64,000 nucleotides of DNA, taken from Eutreptiella sp. 'Long Island Sound 2002'. Taxonomy: Eukaryota; Protista; Euglenida. A program made the position numbers and the translations under genes. This document shows, one piece after another, positions 62,290-64,000 of the stretch (position 1 is its first letter; each line of letters begins with the position of its first letter). The notes beneath the pieces are model-generated. The model saw only the letters and a program-made list of their open reading frames with translations. It ran no database searches and was not told the origin of the DNA. The stretch is taken from contig OZ038378.1 in assembly GCA_964036045.1 (NCBI GenBank), positions 169,322,001-169,386,000 of the forward strand, written 5' to 3'.

Positions 62290-63910
62290 GTCACAAAATG
62301 ACCACCCCACTGTACCCTGACAGCTGCAAGCAGTTGTTGAAGGCTGACGGGTCCTTGAAGAAGTGGAAGCCGAAGGACACCGGCCACATGAGCTTCGTTG
62401 TTTTTCAGCTGAAAGCGCAGACATGTATGCGCCTACAACATGCAACCTTCGTTGTCGTCGTTTGTTTTGTCCGTGATGTGCTTACTCGACACTGCCTCTC
62501 GCTTCCGTTGCCCACGTTTCCTTACTCTTGATCGGATTCTTTCCTGCACCGCGGGGTACTGGTGCGGTTGGGTCGAGCAGAGGGCCAAGAAGCAGAAGAA
62601 GCTGCGGATGGTTGGGATGCGAGCAAAAGCTTCTACTAGAGCACCGTGCAGCTGTACCATGTCAAGGTGCCGAAGGCCGCGAAGAAGGGGGCCCCGCCCC
62701 AGGTCTGCGACAGTCGCAGCAAGCCAAATCGGTGGCTCTAGTACAAGAGGGTATGTCAATGGGTTTCAAGTGTGCCTCTTGGGTGAGGGTGGCCTTTGCT
62801 GTGTTTTCCTCGTTCCCAACATGCTGTATCATTGCCTCCAAACGCACTTTTGGGATCGTTGTGCGCGTTATCCACGTTCCGCACGTTCCGGTTTTGTGCC
62901 TCCCCCCTGCTTCTGGATGCCCGTCTTGCGTTATCCGCGTTCCGTACGTTCTTTTCAGTTGCAGAAAGACCGGTTTTTGGCCTGGGCGGTGGACAAGCCG
63001 CAAAGCAGCAGCGAAGAAGAGGAGGAGGGGGAAGCCAAGTCCTCCAGCAGCATCAACGGCAGGAGCAGCAGCAGCAGCGGCCCGAGCCTCAGCGCCAGTG
63101 GTATTGGTCGTGCGCCCACACCGGAGAAGAAGGCCGCAAGGAGTACCGTTTTTAGAGAAAGACAAGGACAAGGAGAAGGACAAGGACAAGGAGAAGGAGA
63201 AGGACAAGCATAAGGGGGGGGGGGGGCAAGAAGGGGAGGTGGTGGGGCACACGAAGACGGAGCTTGCAGCGGCGGCAGAGGAAGTCGTGGTAGCGGAGGG
63301 TGCAAAAGGCGAAGGAAGGGAAAGCCAAGGAGGGAAAGCAGAAGGGCAAAGAGGGCAAGCCAAGGAAAGAGAAGGCGGGTGGTCTGGGCAGCGTGGCCTT
63401 CAAGATCAAAGGGGCGGCGGGTCCCCACAAGTCAGTACCGGCGAAGACCACTCGCTTCGAGCACTACAAAGACAGCACGCAATTCATGAACGACATGCAG
63501 GTGTCATTCGTGTCCCATGTGTTGTGTTTTGTGTGCCTCCAACAATGCTTCCAGAGGCGTTCGCCGCATTATGCGCGTCATCCGCGTTCCGGTTCTATGC
63601 TTCCGGACATGCTTTTGGAGGACATTCGTATCTTTTTCGCGTCCCACAGGTTCTGAAGTCCGCGTTGGCAGAGTTTGGCGTGACGCCGGGACGGCTGGAG
63701 AAGCACTACCGAGTGTGCTTGAACGCGGACGCCAATGGCCCGAAGGATGCTGCCGCTGCCACCCTGCCACACAGCCAGGTGCGCCTGACCGCCGTGCAGG
63801 ATCTGCTGGTGTGCGGCGTTAAGAACGCGCAATCCGCCTCTGTGCCCGTGAACACCTGGACCGGGTCTACTGGACGTTGGGGCACCGCGCGGCCATGGAT
63901 GGGATCCTGA
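62290..63910 (+). pseudogene. Spliced, frameshifted Lys/Glu-rich gene (probably element-borne)
   Basis: Donor AAGAG|GTATGT near 62750; acceptor TTCTTTTCAG| near 62958; phase-0 intron 63500-63649 (CAG|GTGTCA...CCCACAG|GTTCTG); in-frame TAG stops and frame switches. Confidence 0.55.
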
Positions 63911-64000
63911 AAGGGATCTCTGTCTGCACCGGCGGCGTGGATGACCTGAGAGGCCACCCAGCGCGCTCGCGGCGACGGCGCCCAGGGGCCCCGAGCTGCA

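Overview
This is repeat-dense eukaryotic nuclear DNA with GT-AG introns, interstitial TTAGGG repeats and many MITEs. From recalled repeat families and one candidate non-conventional intron I infer a euglenid, possibly Eutreptiella-like; this is unverified. Host genes, all on the + strand: (1) a multi-exon Ser/Pro-rich gene fragment at 3.3-7.4 kb; (2) two tandem paralogous coiled-coil + C-terminal FYVE genes, A at about 21.7-25.5 kb and B at 41.9-49.1 kb, with matching exon sizes but one private intron each; (3) an intronless SAM-dependent O-methyltransferase (52852-54543) with a duplicated N-terminal winged-helix/dimerisation module. The rest is mostly mobile DNA. It includes hAT elements, two with perfect 8-bp TSDs, one carrying cargo and one carrying a nested element plus telomeric repeats. 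There are also pogo and LINE remnants and a decayed GIY-YIG element resembling permuted Penelope-like retroelements. Other repeats are a tRNA-like head followed by an 86-bp A/B alternating array and a hAT transposase fragment, a TSD-flanked poly(A) retro-insertion, a palindromic 63-bp minisatellite and several microsatellites. All gene models and alignments were made by eye.
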